From Bdellovibrionales bacterium (GTDB lineage: Bacteria; Bdellovibrionota; Bdellovibrionia; Bdellovibrionales; JAMPXM01), in the NCBI GenBank assembly GCA_043739185.1, contig JAYUEN010000332.1, positions 32,001 through 96,000 on the forward strand: a DNA stretch of 64,000 nucleotides, read 5' to 3'. Shown in pieces: positions 48,892 to 57,939 of the stretch; position 1 is the first letter of the stretch; each line of letters starts with the position of its first letter. The notes below the pieces were generated by a model, which saw only the letters and a list, made by a program, of their open reading frames with translations, did not search any database and was not told the DNA's origin. The translations under genes were made by a program, and so were the position numbers.

Positions 48892-50683
48892 ACTCCAGAC
48901 GAAGGGATGGCAAATAGTTTTGCAAATTTCGTTTGAGTTGATCGCGATACAGTTTAGCCGTACCAATACTACCTTCACGGCGGGAAACTTCTGCTAAGCC
49001 GACTGCCGCAATTGCGGGTGTAAAATCTTGCTTTCCGAGGTGTTGAAAATTTTCACGAACGCACAAGTCTTGTTTGTTTTTCATACAAATTCGGCCCATA
49101 AGTATTTTTGACAAAATATCGTTCTGATTCTTCTTTGCTATAGCGAGGGCGCCATGAGCCTCATCAACGCGACCAGAAGTCATTAATATAAAAGCCTTTA
49201 CATCTAACAATAGTGAATCACTTGGTGCCTGCGCCAAGGCTTCTTCGATCAAGCGAGGGCCTTCTTGCGCACGACCCGTTTTAACATGGCATAGAGCATT
49301 GAGTGCCTTCATATCCGATGAGTTGGGAAATTTTTTAGCCATTTCTTCACAGTAGGTGGTCAAATGAATCCAGCCCAGCTGACTATTCGAAAATAGTGGC
49401 CCTCTCAAAAACTCATCGGTAACAAACGGATCAGACTCTAAACATGCCCGGATATTTTCTTGAAATTGTACCTTCATATCTTCACGCGAATAAAGATAGG
49501 CGTTGAGCAGGATTGCTTCTTGCCTCAAATCATAAAAACGCTTTTCAAATTGACTGATTAATTCGTGAATATCTTGCACTGAAGACTTTTTAAGTAAAAC
49601 CGCGAGTACGACTTTGGTGCGAATGATCAAATAGGCTGCCGTTGCATTTTCTGGATCTTCAATTAGAACATTTGAAAAATCTAAAATAGAAGCCGAAAAA
49701 TCCTTCTGCAAAAAATGAACGATGCCCATATTGAAGAGCGCCGGCAAATATTTCGGATCAATTTTTAAAGCATCGCTGAATTGCTTGCTCGCTTCGGTAA
49801 AATCTTCGTCGACAATTGCAACCAGGCCTAAAATATTTTTTGCCTGCTTCACTTGATCTTCTGAATGTACAATTGCCAAGATTTCGCCGATCTTGCGTTT
49901 GACCTCTACTTTTTGCCCTTCAATGCTCAACAATAGTGGCGCCATTCCTATTACCACATCTGGATCATTGGGTTTGATGGCCGATGCTTCTTTATAATAT
50001 TTAAGTGAGTCCGCAAAGAATCCTTGCTTGTAATTTTTAACAGCTAAATCGAATGACCTCGCAAAATCGGGCCCGGAGGCAGATTGATTTGTTTTAGATT
50101 GGTTTTTATAAGAAATAATCACTGCTATGATGACAAATATGGTCGCAAAGATCCACGCCGCAGAGGAAGACTTTTTAATATTCTGTTGAATTTCAGGTGT
50201 CGCTGTCATGCCATACTGTTTTGTTAGAGCAGAAATCGGAGGCATATTAGACTTTGGCACTTCAATATCCACAAATTCAGCTTCTTTAATAAATGAGGAC
50301 TGAGCGCTCTCTTTTACCGGAACCTCAAGATCAATCGTCTTGCTCAGCTCACCAGTTAATGTAGCTGTGACCGTTGGTGTGCCGGTAAGTGTTGCCGTCG
50401 GATTGCTAAGCGTACCATGTTCGGTATCATCAATCTTAGACTGATTTTGCACTCGCATTCGCTCTACAATCACTGCAAAATAAGCTTCTTCACGAATATA
50501 TTTCCAACGACCTAGAGACTTTTTTACTTCATCAATTACGACAATTTCTCTTGAGAGTAGAAGCTTCTCAATGGCTTCCGCTGAATACGGGCCAAGAATA
50601 CGCTCTCCGCTCTTAACCAACCAGGTGACTTCATTTTTTGACGGCGCGATTTGGGCCAATTTATACTTCTCTCTCTCTCTCAA
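48872..50683 (-). CDS. Bitopic protein: GYF-like N-terminus, TM, periplasmic TPRs
   Basis: WLVKSGERILGPYS, one TM (WIFATIFVIIAVII), TPR-like repeats. Confidence 0.7.
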   Translation of the reverse strand: MREREKYKLAQIAPSKNEVTWLVKSGERILGPYSAEAIEKLLLSREIVVIDEVKKSLGRWKYIREEAYFAVIVERMRVQNQSKIDDTEHGTLSNPTATLTGTPTVTATLTGELSKTIDLEVPVKESAQSSFIKEAEFVDIEVPKSNMPPISALTKQYGMTATPEIQQNIKKSSSAAWIFATIFVIIAVIISYKNQSKTNQSASGPDFARSFDLAVKNYKQGFFADSLKYYKEASAIKPNDPDVVIGMAPLLLSIEGQKVEVKRKIGEILAIVHSEDQVKQAKNILGLVAIVDEDFTEASKQFSDALKIDPKYLPALFNMGIVHFLQKDFSASILDFSNVLIEDPENATAAYLIIRTKVVLAVLLKKSSVQDIHELISQFEKRFYDLRQEAILLNAYLYSREDMKVQFQENIRACLESDPFVTDEFLRGPLFSNSQLGWIHLTTYCEEMAKKFPNSSDMKALNALCHVKTGRAQEGPRLIEEALAQAPSDSLLLDVKAFILMTSGRVDEAHGALAIAKKNQNDILSKILMGRICMKNKQDLCVRENFQHLGKQDFTPAIAAVGLAEVSRREGSIGTAKLYRDQLKRNLQNYLPSLRLEYELGEK

Positions 50684-50686
50684 TTG

Positions 50687-52195
50687 CTAATGTCTAAAGT
50701 GACGCGTTCCTGTGATTACCAAATTAATTCCATTCTTTGCCGCTCCATCGAATACTTCTTGATCGCGAATGGAGCCTCCGGGTTGAATAACCCATTTAAT
50801 TCCAGCTTGCTTTATTAAATCCATCGAATCCGCAAAAGGAAAAAAGGCGTCGCTCGCAAGCACGGCCTGGGCCAAAAGTGTTGAATGATTTTTCTTGGCC
50901 CTTGCAATGGCGTGTTCAACGGCATCCACCCGATTGACCTGGCCCATTCCTAAACCCAAAGTTTGATTAGAGGCTGCAATCGCGATGGCATTGCTTTTGA
51001 GATGTGCACAAGCTTTCCAGGCTAAAATAAGATCTGATTTTTGCTGCGCATTTGGAGCTTCACCCAGAATTTTCCAGTTTGGGTTCCAATCTTCTACATG
51101 ATCTTGAGTTTGTACTAAAAAGCCTCCGCTAATACTGCGAATCTCAAGACTTTCTTCGCCAGCTTGATCCCACTCAAGTAATCTCAAATCTTTTTTCTTC
51201 ATCAATTTATCTAGGGCGGCTTTTGAAAACTTCGGCGCGACTATGCATTCAAGAAATAATTTACTCAAATAATCACTCGAAACCTCATCTATTTCGAAAT
51301 TGCTGACCACAATTCCGCCAAAAATACTCACTGGGTCCGCGGCAAGTGCCAATCGGGTGGCCTCACCAGAGTTCGAATGCACGGCAATCCCACAGGGGCT
51401 ATTGTGCTTTACCGCCACCATCACATTTTCAGAAAACTCTCTTGCAACTCGAGCCGCAGCTTCAATATCTAGTAAATTATTATAAGACAGAGCTTTGCCG
51501 TGAAGAATTTTTGCATTTTGAATTCCGTTTTGAGCTAAAGACTGATGATACCACCAAGCCTTTTGCTGAGGATTTTCGCCGTAACGAAGCTCTTGAGTTA
51601 ATTCTCCGGTGGAAATAAAGCTCTGCGTGGCCGTTGGATCAAGCGTTTGCGCAATCATGGCATCATAACTTGAAGTATGAAAAAAAACCTTCGCGGCTAA
51701 TTTCTTTTTATCTTCAAAATTCAACTCGCGCTTTTCAAGTATCCAAGCATAGTCTTTGGGATCACAAACAACAGCAATGCGGTCAAAGTTTTTACTTGCT
51801 GCTCTCAAGAGGGAGGGACCACCAATATCAATAAACTCAATCAATTCATCTTCAGGCAAATTTTTCTGAAGAGCTTCAGCAAATGGATAAAGATTTACGA
51901 TCACCAAATCAAAAGGCTCTAACTTATTCTTTTTCAGAAGCTCTACATCCTCAGGAACATTTAGTCTCGCAAGCAAAGGCATGTGAATTGATGGATGAAG
52001 TGTTCGAACTCGTCCATCCATTACTTCTGGAAATCCCGTCTGCTCAGAAACTTCAACGACTGGTATTTTATTTTCTCTAAGGTGTTTGGATGTACCACCA
52101 GTTGAGACTATTCGGCAGCCTTGAGCCACCAATGGCTTAAGAAATTCAACTAGGCCTGTTTTATCTGATGTACTGACTAAAGCATTTTTAAACAT
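50687..52195 (-). CDS. purH: Bifunctional AICAR transformylase/IMP cyclohydrolase
   Basis: SDKTGL, IDIGGPS, LRYGENPQQ, ASDAFFPF, TRHFRH. Confidence 0.97.
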   Translation of the reverse strand: MFKNALVSTSDKTGLVEFLKPLVAQGCRIVSTGGTSKHLRENKIPVVEVSEQTGFPEVMDGRVRTLHPSIHMPLLARLNVPEDVELLKKNKLEPFDLVIVNLYPFAEALQKNLPEDELIEFIDIGGPSLLRAASKNFDRIAVVCDPKDYAWILEKRELNFEDKKKLAAKVFFHTSSYDAMIAQTLDPTATQSFISTGELTQELRYGENPQQKAWWYHQSLAQNGIQNAKILHGKALSYNNLLDIEAAARVAREFSENVMVAVKHNSPCGIAVHSNSGEATRLALAADPVSIFGGIVVSNFEIDEVSSDYLSKLFLECIVAPKFSKAALDKLMKKKDLRLLEWDQAGEESLEIRSISGGFLVQTQDHVEDWNPNWKILGEAPNAQQKSDLILAWKACAHLKSNAIAIAASNQTLGLGMGQVNRVDAVEHAIARAKKNHSTLLAQAVLASDAFFPFADSMDLIKQAGIKWVIQPGGSIRDQEVFDGAAKNGINLVITGTRHFRH

Positions 52196-52201
52196 TGGAT
52201 C

Positions 52202-53590
52202 CTAAAATGGAAGTTTCGTTAAAAACATTTTTAAGTCGTCGTTTGTCATATAAAGTCCCGCACCGGCAAATGCTTGACGAGTTCCCTGACCGTTAGTGAG
52301 ATCATCACCACCGCCCGTTAAATAAACTCCATTCCAAACATTATACCGCGCCGTTGCCCGCAGATGGTAATTCACAAAATCAAATGCCTCAAATGAAAGT
52401 CTCAATTTATGCTTAAGGGCAAAGTAATCAAATGCAATTCCGCCGGTGGTTTCAATGACGCCGCCTTTAACAGTAAAATTATAGAAATTTTTAGCGTAAA
52501 GAGCATTGAATTTGAGCTTGTTTAGGACGGTTTCTTTTTCCTCAACATTCACGGCCGGACCACTATTTACCGTCGTAGCCGTTTTTCGGGTTGTTGTTAC
52601 ACCCAATGGGTCACTGACAACGCCCAGTTCATAATACCGATCAAGACCTGGTTGAACAATTAAATTGATTGTCGCTTTCGCCTGTCCAGTGCCTGATAAA
52701 TAGTCGGTGTGAAAATCAAATCCAGTTTGAAGTTTTGCCGCAGTATCAATGAAACTGCTCACACCCTCAATCGCTGAATTTAAATTGTCGACGGTTGTAT
52801 CATCATTAATTAATTTTCCGATTGTGCCTTCGCCGCGATTGACCTTATCGGTAATTTCTTCGACATTTTTCAAGCTTTTGTCGATGCGTTTCAAACTATG
52901 CAAAGCATCTTTCCAGGCTGTCTTAAATCCATCAGCGCTTTCGTCATTTACTAAGTCATCGATGGTGCCCGTGATGCCGTGAATATTTTCGATGATCTCG
53001 CCAATTTCGCCTTTTCTCTCACTGCTGAGCTCGGCCAAATCACCTGTCAAAGTTTCAATATTGCTAATGATTCGTCCGAGTGGTTTGTCAGTATCACCTT
53101 CTGTTGCGGCTTTGACATTTTCAGCAACTGAAGAAAGCGATTTGGTAATCTTGCTAACTTCGCCAATCAAGCGATCGACAGAGGCACGATCATCCACAAC
53201 CAGAATTTGCTCTCCTGAACGCAGTGGCGGATCTCGTAAATCACCATTGATAATTTCGACGTGTTTATCACCTAAAATGCCATTTGGACGAATTTCGATG
53301 CGAGCGGATTTGGTCATGGGCGTATCGCCCTTAACTACAATAAACACTCTCGCCTGACCATGCTCGAGAACTATATCTTTGATAATACCGACATCGATGC
53401 CGGCCATTTTGACGCCTGAATTCTTCACAATGCCCGAAGCATCTTCCATCAAAAACCAAGCTTCTTTTGTAGCTCCGAGATAACTCGGGTCCTGCGAAAC
53501 CTTCAATGACATTGTTGCGATGATGCCTGAAATAATCAGTACAAGAAGACCGACTTTGAATTCAGGTGCCTTGAGAAGAGTACCTAGCAT
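52202..53590 (-). CDS. mlaD: Long MCE protein MlaD with helical and beta-rich C-terminal regions
   Basis: TM + MCE motifs (VKMAGIDVG, GILGDKHVEI), GEGTIGKLIND, C-terminal amphipathic strands. Confidence 0.85.
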   Translation of the reverse strand: MLGTLLKAPEFKVGLLVLIISGIIATMSLKVSQDPSYLGATKEAWFLMEDASGIVKNSGVKMAGIDVGIIKDIVLEHGQARVFIVVKGDTPMTKSARIEIRPNGILGDKHVEIINGDLRDPPLRSGEQILVVDDRASVDRLIGEVSKITKSLSSVAENVKAATEGDTDKPLGRIISNIETLTGDLAELSSERKGEIGEIIENIHGITGTIDDLVNDESADGFKTAWKDALHSLKRIDKSLKNVEEITDKVNRGEGTIGKLINDDTTVDNLNSAIEGVSSFIDTAAKLQTGFDFHTDYLSGTGQAKATINLIVQPGLDRYYELGVVSDPLGVTTTRKTATTVNSGPAVNVEEKETVLNKLKFNALYAKNFYNFTVKGGVIETTGGIAFDYFALKHKLRLSFEAFDFVNYHLRATARYNVWNGVYLTGGGDDLTNGQGTRQAFAGAGLYMTNDDLKMFLTKLPF

Positions 53591-54372
53591 TACTTATGCA
53601 CTCCTTTAGCAACAAACTTTTTAACGAGTTCAATGTCTGTTTTCATGAAATCGTCGGCGGTACCAAACAAAAGAAGCTTTCCACTGTCGAGCATAGCGAG
53701 ATAATCTCCGATTCGTAGGGCTGCAAATAAATCATGCGAAACGATTATCGAAGTCGTTCCTGGTTTTAAATTATGAGCGCTCACTATGAGATTATCCACC
53801 ATTTCTGTCAGAATGGGATCAAGACCTGTTGTAGGTTCGTCATAAATTAGTATTTCTGGATCAAGGGCTAAGGCTCTCGCAAGACCAACCCGCTTTCGCA
53901 TTCCACCAGAGAGTTCGTTCGGTAGTTTATTAAAATGCTTTTCTTCAAGCCCCGATTCTATGAGACGAGCTTTTGCAATCTCAAGTACCTCAGCACGCTT
54001 CAAGCTTCTGCGATGCTCAAACAAAGGAAAGCAGACATTCTCAACCGCCGTCATATCATCAAAAAGTGCGGCATATTGAAAGAGCATTCCGTATTTATGA
54101 CGAAGCTTTGTGAGCTCACGTTCATTCATTTGGGTTATTTCTTGCCCGAGGATTTCAATACTCCCAGACGTAGGTCTAAACAATCCTAAAATGTGTTTTA
54201 ATAATACGGATTTACCAGTGCCTGAGTAGCCGATGATGACCGTGATCTTTCCTTTCGGTATAGTGAGATTCATTCCGTTTACGACAAATTCTTTGCCGTC
54301 GAAACTTTTTTTCAAATCGGTGATTTTGACCGCCACCTCTAATGATGAAATGTCCGCCATCACCTCTGTCAT
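53590..54372 (-). CDS. mlaF: Mla ABC ATPase
   Basis: GYSGTGKS, LSGGMRKRVGLARA, YDEPTTGLDP. Confidence 0.9.
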   Translation of the reverse strand: MTEVMADISSLEVAVKITDLKKSFDGKEFVVNGMNLTIPKGKITVIIGYSGTGKSVLLKHILGLFRPTSGSIEILGQEITQMNERELTKLRHKYGMLFQYAALFDDMTAVENVCFPLFEHRRSLKRAEVLEIAKARLIESGLEEKHFNKLPNELSGGMRKRVGLARALALDPEILIYDEPTTGLDPILTEMVDNLIVSAHNLKPGTTSIIVSHDLFAALRIGDYLAMLDSGKLLLFGTADDFMKTDIELVKKFVAKGVHK

Positions 54373-54374
54373 AA

Positions 54375-55220
54375 TTAAGCGGTCTTTCCGATCAAATGGT
54401 AAAAGATCGTAATGAGATTGCTGAGAAAGAAGTCTAAAATAATAACCATCACCATACTGGTAACCACGCCTTGGTTGGTACTTTCGCCAACACCTGCGGC
54501 ACCACCTTTAGTAAAAAAGCCACGATGGGTGCAGATAACTCCAAAGACCAATCCAAAGACAGTAGATTTAAAAAGACCTTCGAAAATAAAACGCGGCTCA
54601 AGCCAATGTGCTACATGGTCGAAAAAAGTTGCGGAATCCATTTCGAGAAGATGAATGCAAAGAAAATAGGATCCAAAAATTGCGAGAAAATCGAATAAAC
54701 CACATAGTAGAGGCGTCGAAATTGCGCAGGCAATTATTCTGGGACTAACCAAATATTGTTTGGGATCAACACCCATCACTTCAAGGGCATCAATTTGTTC
54801 GGTCACTCTCATGGTTCCGAGTCGTGCCGCCATAGCGCCGCCAGCGCGCGCTGAAATGATAAGGCCAGTCAAAACCGGCCCTAGCTCACGTGTGATTCCC
54901 AATGCAACCGTTGAACCGACTAAACTGGTTGCATTGACCATTTTAAAACCTAAATAAATTTGTAAGCTCAACGCCATTCCGGTGAATAGTCCGGTTAGGC
55001 AAATAATAAATACGGATTTATTTCCGGCGAACTCCATATGACTGATGAGCTCATGAAAGCGAAAGGGATTGGTAAAAAACAATTTGATAGACTCCATACC
55101 AAAAATAAATATATCGCCAACTTCAAGTATGAATTTTTGTACGGACTTAAAAAAATACAAAGCAATCTCATCGAGATATTCACTGAATTGTTCACGCTTT
55201 TTTAGTAAATCCATTTGCAA
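54375..55220 (-). CDS. mlaE: Mla ABC permease
   Basis: RELGPVLTG, LGTMRVTEQIDALEVMG, GGAAGVG. Confidence 0.92.
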   Translation of the reverse strand: MQMDLLKKREQFSEYLDEIALYFFKSVQKFILEVGDIFIFGMESIKLFFTNPFRFHELISHMEFAGNKSVFIICLTGLFTGMALSLQIYLGFKMVNATSLVGSTVALGITRELGPVLTGLIISARAGGAMAARLGTMRVTEQIDALEVMGVDPKQYLVSPRIIACAISTPLLCGLFDFLAIFGSYFLCIHLLEMDSATFFDHVAHWLEPRFIFEGLFKSTVFGLVFGVICTHRGFFTKGGAAGVGESTNQGVVTSMVMVIILDFFLSNLITIFYHLIGKTA

Positions 55221-55242
55221 CTCGATGTTTGTTCAATGCAGC

Positions 55243-56403
55243 CTAATCTGTAACGTAAACTCGCGGTACTCGCCCCGAAATGCGAGCAAGGACCTCGTAA
55301 GATATAGTACCAACTTTTTCAGCTAAATCACTTGCCAATATTTGATTATCTTTTTGTTTTCCAAAGACGACCACTTCATCACCAATTTGCAGCTTTTGCT
55401 TTAAGGCAACTGCAGTTAAATCGACCATAAAGTAATCCATACACACAGTTCCCACTACTGGAACGCGAAAACCATGGCAGAGTACTTCACCAGAATTGCT
55501 TAATCCTCGAAAGTAACCGTCGGCATACCCCAGCGGCACCGCCCCAATGATCGAATCTCTTTTTGCTGTCCACTTTCCACTGTACGAAATGACTTCTCCC
55601 CTTTTTACTTTGTTTACAGCTGCCAATTTAGATTTCAAACTCATCACCGGACTAAGGTCGAGCGTTCCTGTCTCTTGAGTCATCACCTGACCCCCATAAA
55701 GAGAAATTCCGGGACGCACTCCAAGTGTTGAGATTTCACTTGGTTCATTTGGCTTTCCATTTTTAGTTCTTAAAAAGACATTGGCCAAAGCGCTGCTATT
55801 GAGAGCGTGAGCGATCGGATGCGAATACTTAAATTGCGCTTCGATGGGGAGAAATTTCAAAAGTTGCTGGCTTGAAGTTTGCCCCGGCGCCCCCGCATCT
55901 TCAGCGTTTAACAAATGAGTACAGATACCCTCAAGTTCAAAATTTTTGTTCGCCTCTAAAAATTTGAGGATTCGGGGGGCTTCTGCGGGGTCAAGCCCTA
56001 AGCGGTTCATCCCGGTATTGAATTTAAGATGAATCCGAAATTTTTGAGTCGCAGACAATTTCTCTTTTAAAAATGTCAAATCAGAAAAGTCGCTAATGAC
56101 AGGGGTAACGTTATTTCTGATAATCTCATCACTGCTTTGCTGGTCAAAAATTCCAAACATAAGTATTCGCGAATCGATGCCATTTTCACGAAGCTCCAGG
56201 GCTTCTTCAACTAGTCCCACACCTAAATGAGATGGCCCAAATGCACTCAAAGTCTCGGCTATCTTGATCGCACCGTGCCCATAAGCATCGGCTTTAATCA
56301 TAGGACAAAAAAATTTCGGCGAATTTGCCATTTTATAGAGAACTGAATAATTGTGTTTGAGGTGCGATAAATTAATTTCAGCAATACTCTGACGATGAAT
56401 CAT
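55243..56403 (-). CDS. alr: Alanine racemase
   Basis: IKADAYGHG, NTGMNRLG, GYADG, VCMD, TISYE. Confidence 0.95.
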   Translation of the reverse strand: MIHRQSIAEINLSHLKHNYSVLYKMANSPKFFCPMIKADAYGHGAIKIAETLSAFGPSHLGVGLVEEALELRENGIDSRILMFGIFDQQSSDEIIRNNVTPVISDFSDLTFLKEKLSATQKFRIHLKFNTGMNRLGLDPAEAPRILKFLEANKNFELEGICTHLLNAEDAGAPGQTSSQQLLKFLPIEAQFKYSHPIAHALNSSALANVFLRTKNGKPNEPSEISTLGVRPGISLYGGQVMTQETGTLDLSPVMSLKSKLAAVNKVKRGEVISYSGKWTAKRDSIIGAVPLGYADGYFRGLSNSGEVLCHGFRVPVVGTVCMDYFMVDLTAVALKQKLQIGDEVVVFGKQKDNQILASDLAEKVGTISYEVLARISGRVPRVYVTD

Positions 56404-56409
56404 TGAGGC

Positions 56410-57936
56410 TTATTCTGCCGCTTGGGTCGGATGCACCAGAAAATCCGGCGTAAAACCCGCTTCGGTTTGCCATACGGCTACGCGATTACCTTGATTTCTT
56501 TTCACTTGGTAAATGGCTTCATCACAAGATTTCATTAGACTCTCAGCATCCGAGCAAACTGTGGGATACTCACTCACGCCAACGCTCAGCGAGAGCTGAG
56601 CTCGGTCTTCAATTTTTACGAAAGGAAACTGCGATTGTAAAAACGCGCGACGAATCTTTTCGGCTTTCAGCATGGTGTTTCTAATTTCAGTATGAGGTAA
56701 TAAAAAACAAAACTCATTTTCCCCTAGTCGACCTAAAATATCCGTATTTCGAAAATTCTTTTTCATGGACCGCGCCAATGCTTTAATCACTAAATTCATA
56801 TTTTCTTGCCCATACTTTTGGGCCAAAAGATCAAAATTGTCTATTTGAAGTTTCATCATCGAAAGCGGGTGTTGTATGCGCCGGGCACGAGAAATTTCAT
56901 CTCTCAACTTTTCATCAAACGCTCGTTTGTTGATGAGGCCGGTAAAAGAGTCTTGATTTTGCTGTGAATGCAGCTCTTTCATCAATTCATTTCGACCAAA
57001 AGTACTTTCAAAAAACTCATGGCAAAGTCGAACCGCGACATGATCCTCATGCAAAGTCTTATTCAATACAATGGCAACGCCCTTCAATTGAGTTCCGTCA
57101 AAATGGAGCAAACAACTGAATTCATCAACTTGAAATACACTTTCAATAAAATTTTGTAAGGGCGCAAACTCAGTTGGCTCACTTGCCATTTTAAGTAGGC
57201 ACTCCGAACTCAGAGATTCTATTTTAAAGCCCAAACTCTCAACTCTCGAAATTGGGGACCAAATGCTTTGACTGTAAACGAAACTCAATTGCTGAGGCAA
57301 AAACCGAAGATAGAGTACGGGCATGCTGCCGCTCAACGAGCTCACTTGAAAAATATATTTTTTAACGAGGTCGTCTTGGTCTTTCAAAGCAGACATCTCA
57401 TGAAATTGTTGTTGTAATTTCTGCAGCAATTGATTGGAGTCACCTTCATCAAAGCTCATACCTTGAAGAGAGGTTTCAAGCACACTTCCTAATCCTCGAC
57501 GCCTGCGCAGCTGTTCATTCTCGAACTGCAGATAGAGGCGATGGGCAGCCCGATCGACGCGCACCATAAGCTCAGCTGTTGATACATAGGGCACCACAAG
57601 GTAATCATAAATCTCACCTATTGAACTCTTCAAGATACTGCCTATCAAATGCGTCTCATGAATCATTAAAATGATTTGTGTTTCCGGACTTAATTTTCGA
57701 ATTTGAGCTATGACTTTATCTGATTGAGCTTCGCTTTTTGAATAATAAATAATGAAGATATGAGGGGCATCGGCTTTCGTTGCCGCAAGGGCAGAATCCG
57801 AAGTCGGATAGAATTGCGTCTGATATCCCACCTCCGAAAGTGTTTCACATAGTTCCGTAGACCTACGATAATTGTCGTCTATTAAAAAAATACGAAATTC
57901 GCTGCGAATATCTTCTAGTTTCAAACAAATCTCCAA
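56410..57936 (-). CDS. Degenerate receiver-GGDEF protein (GENEF), CdgA-like c-di-GMP receptor candidate
   Basis: DSFTGLINKR, RNTD-ILGRL-GENEF (intact I-site, altered active site); N-terminal REC-like region. Confidence 0.8.
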   Translation of the reverse strand: MEICLKLEDIRSEFRIFLIDDNYRRSTELCETLSEVGYQTQFYPTSDSALAATKADAPHIFIIYYSKSEAQSDKVIAQIRKLSPETQIILMIHETHLIGSILKSSIGEIYDYLVVPYVSTAELMVRVDRAAHRLYLQFENEQLRRRRGLGSVLETSLQGMSFDEGDSNQLLQKLQQQFHEMSALKDQDDLVKKYIFQVSSLSGSMPVLYLRFLPQQLSFVYSQSIWSPISRVESLGFKIESLSSECLLKMASEPTEFAPLQNFIESVFQVDEFSCLLHFDGTQLKGVAIVLNKTLHEDHVAVRLCHEFFESTFGRNELMKELHSQQNQDSFTGLINKRAFDEKLRDEISRARRIQHPLSMMKLQIDNFDLLAQKYGQENMNLVIKALARSMKKNFRNTDILGRLGENEFCFLLPHTEIRNTMLKAEKIRRAFLQSQFPFVKIEDRAQLSLSVGVSEYPTVCSDAESLMKSCDEAIYQVKRNQGNRVAVWQTEAGFTPDFLVHPTQAAE

Positions 57937-57939
57937 CTA

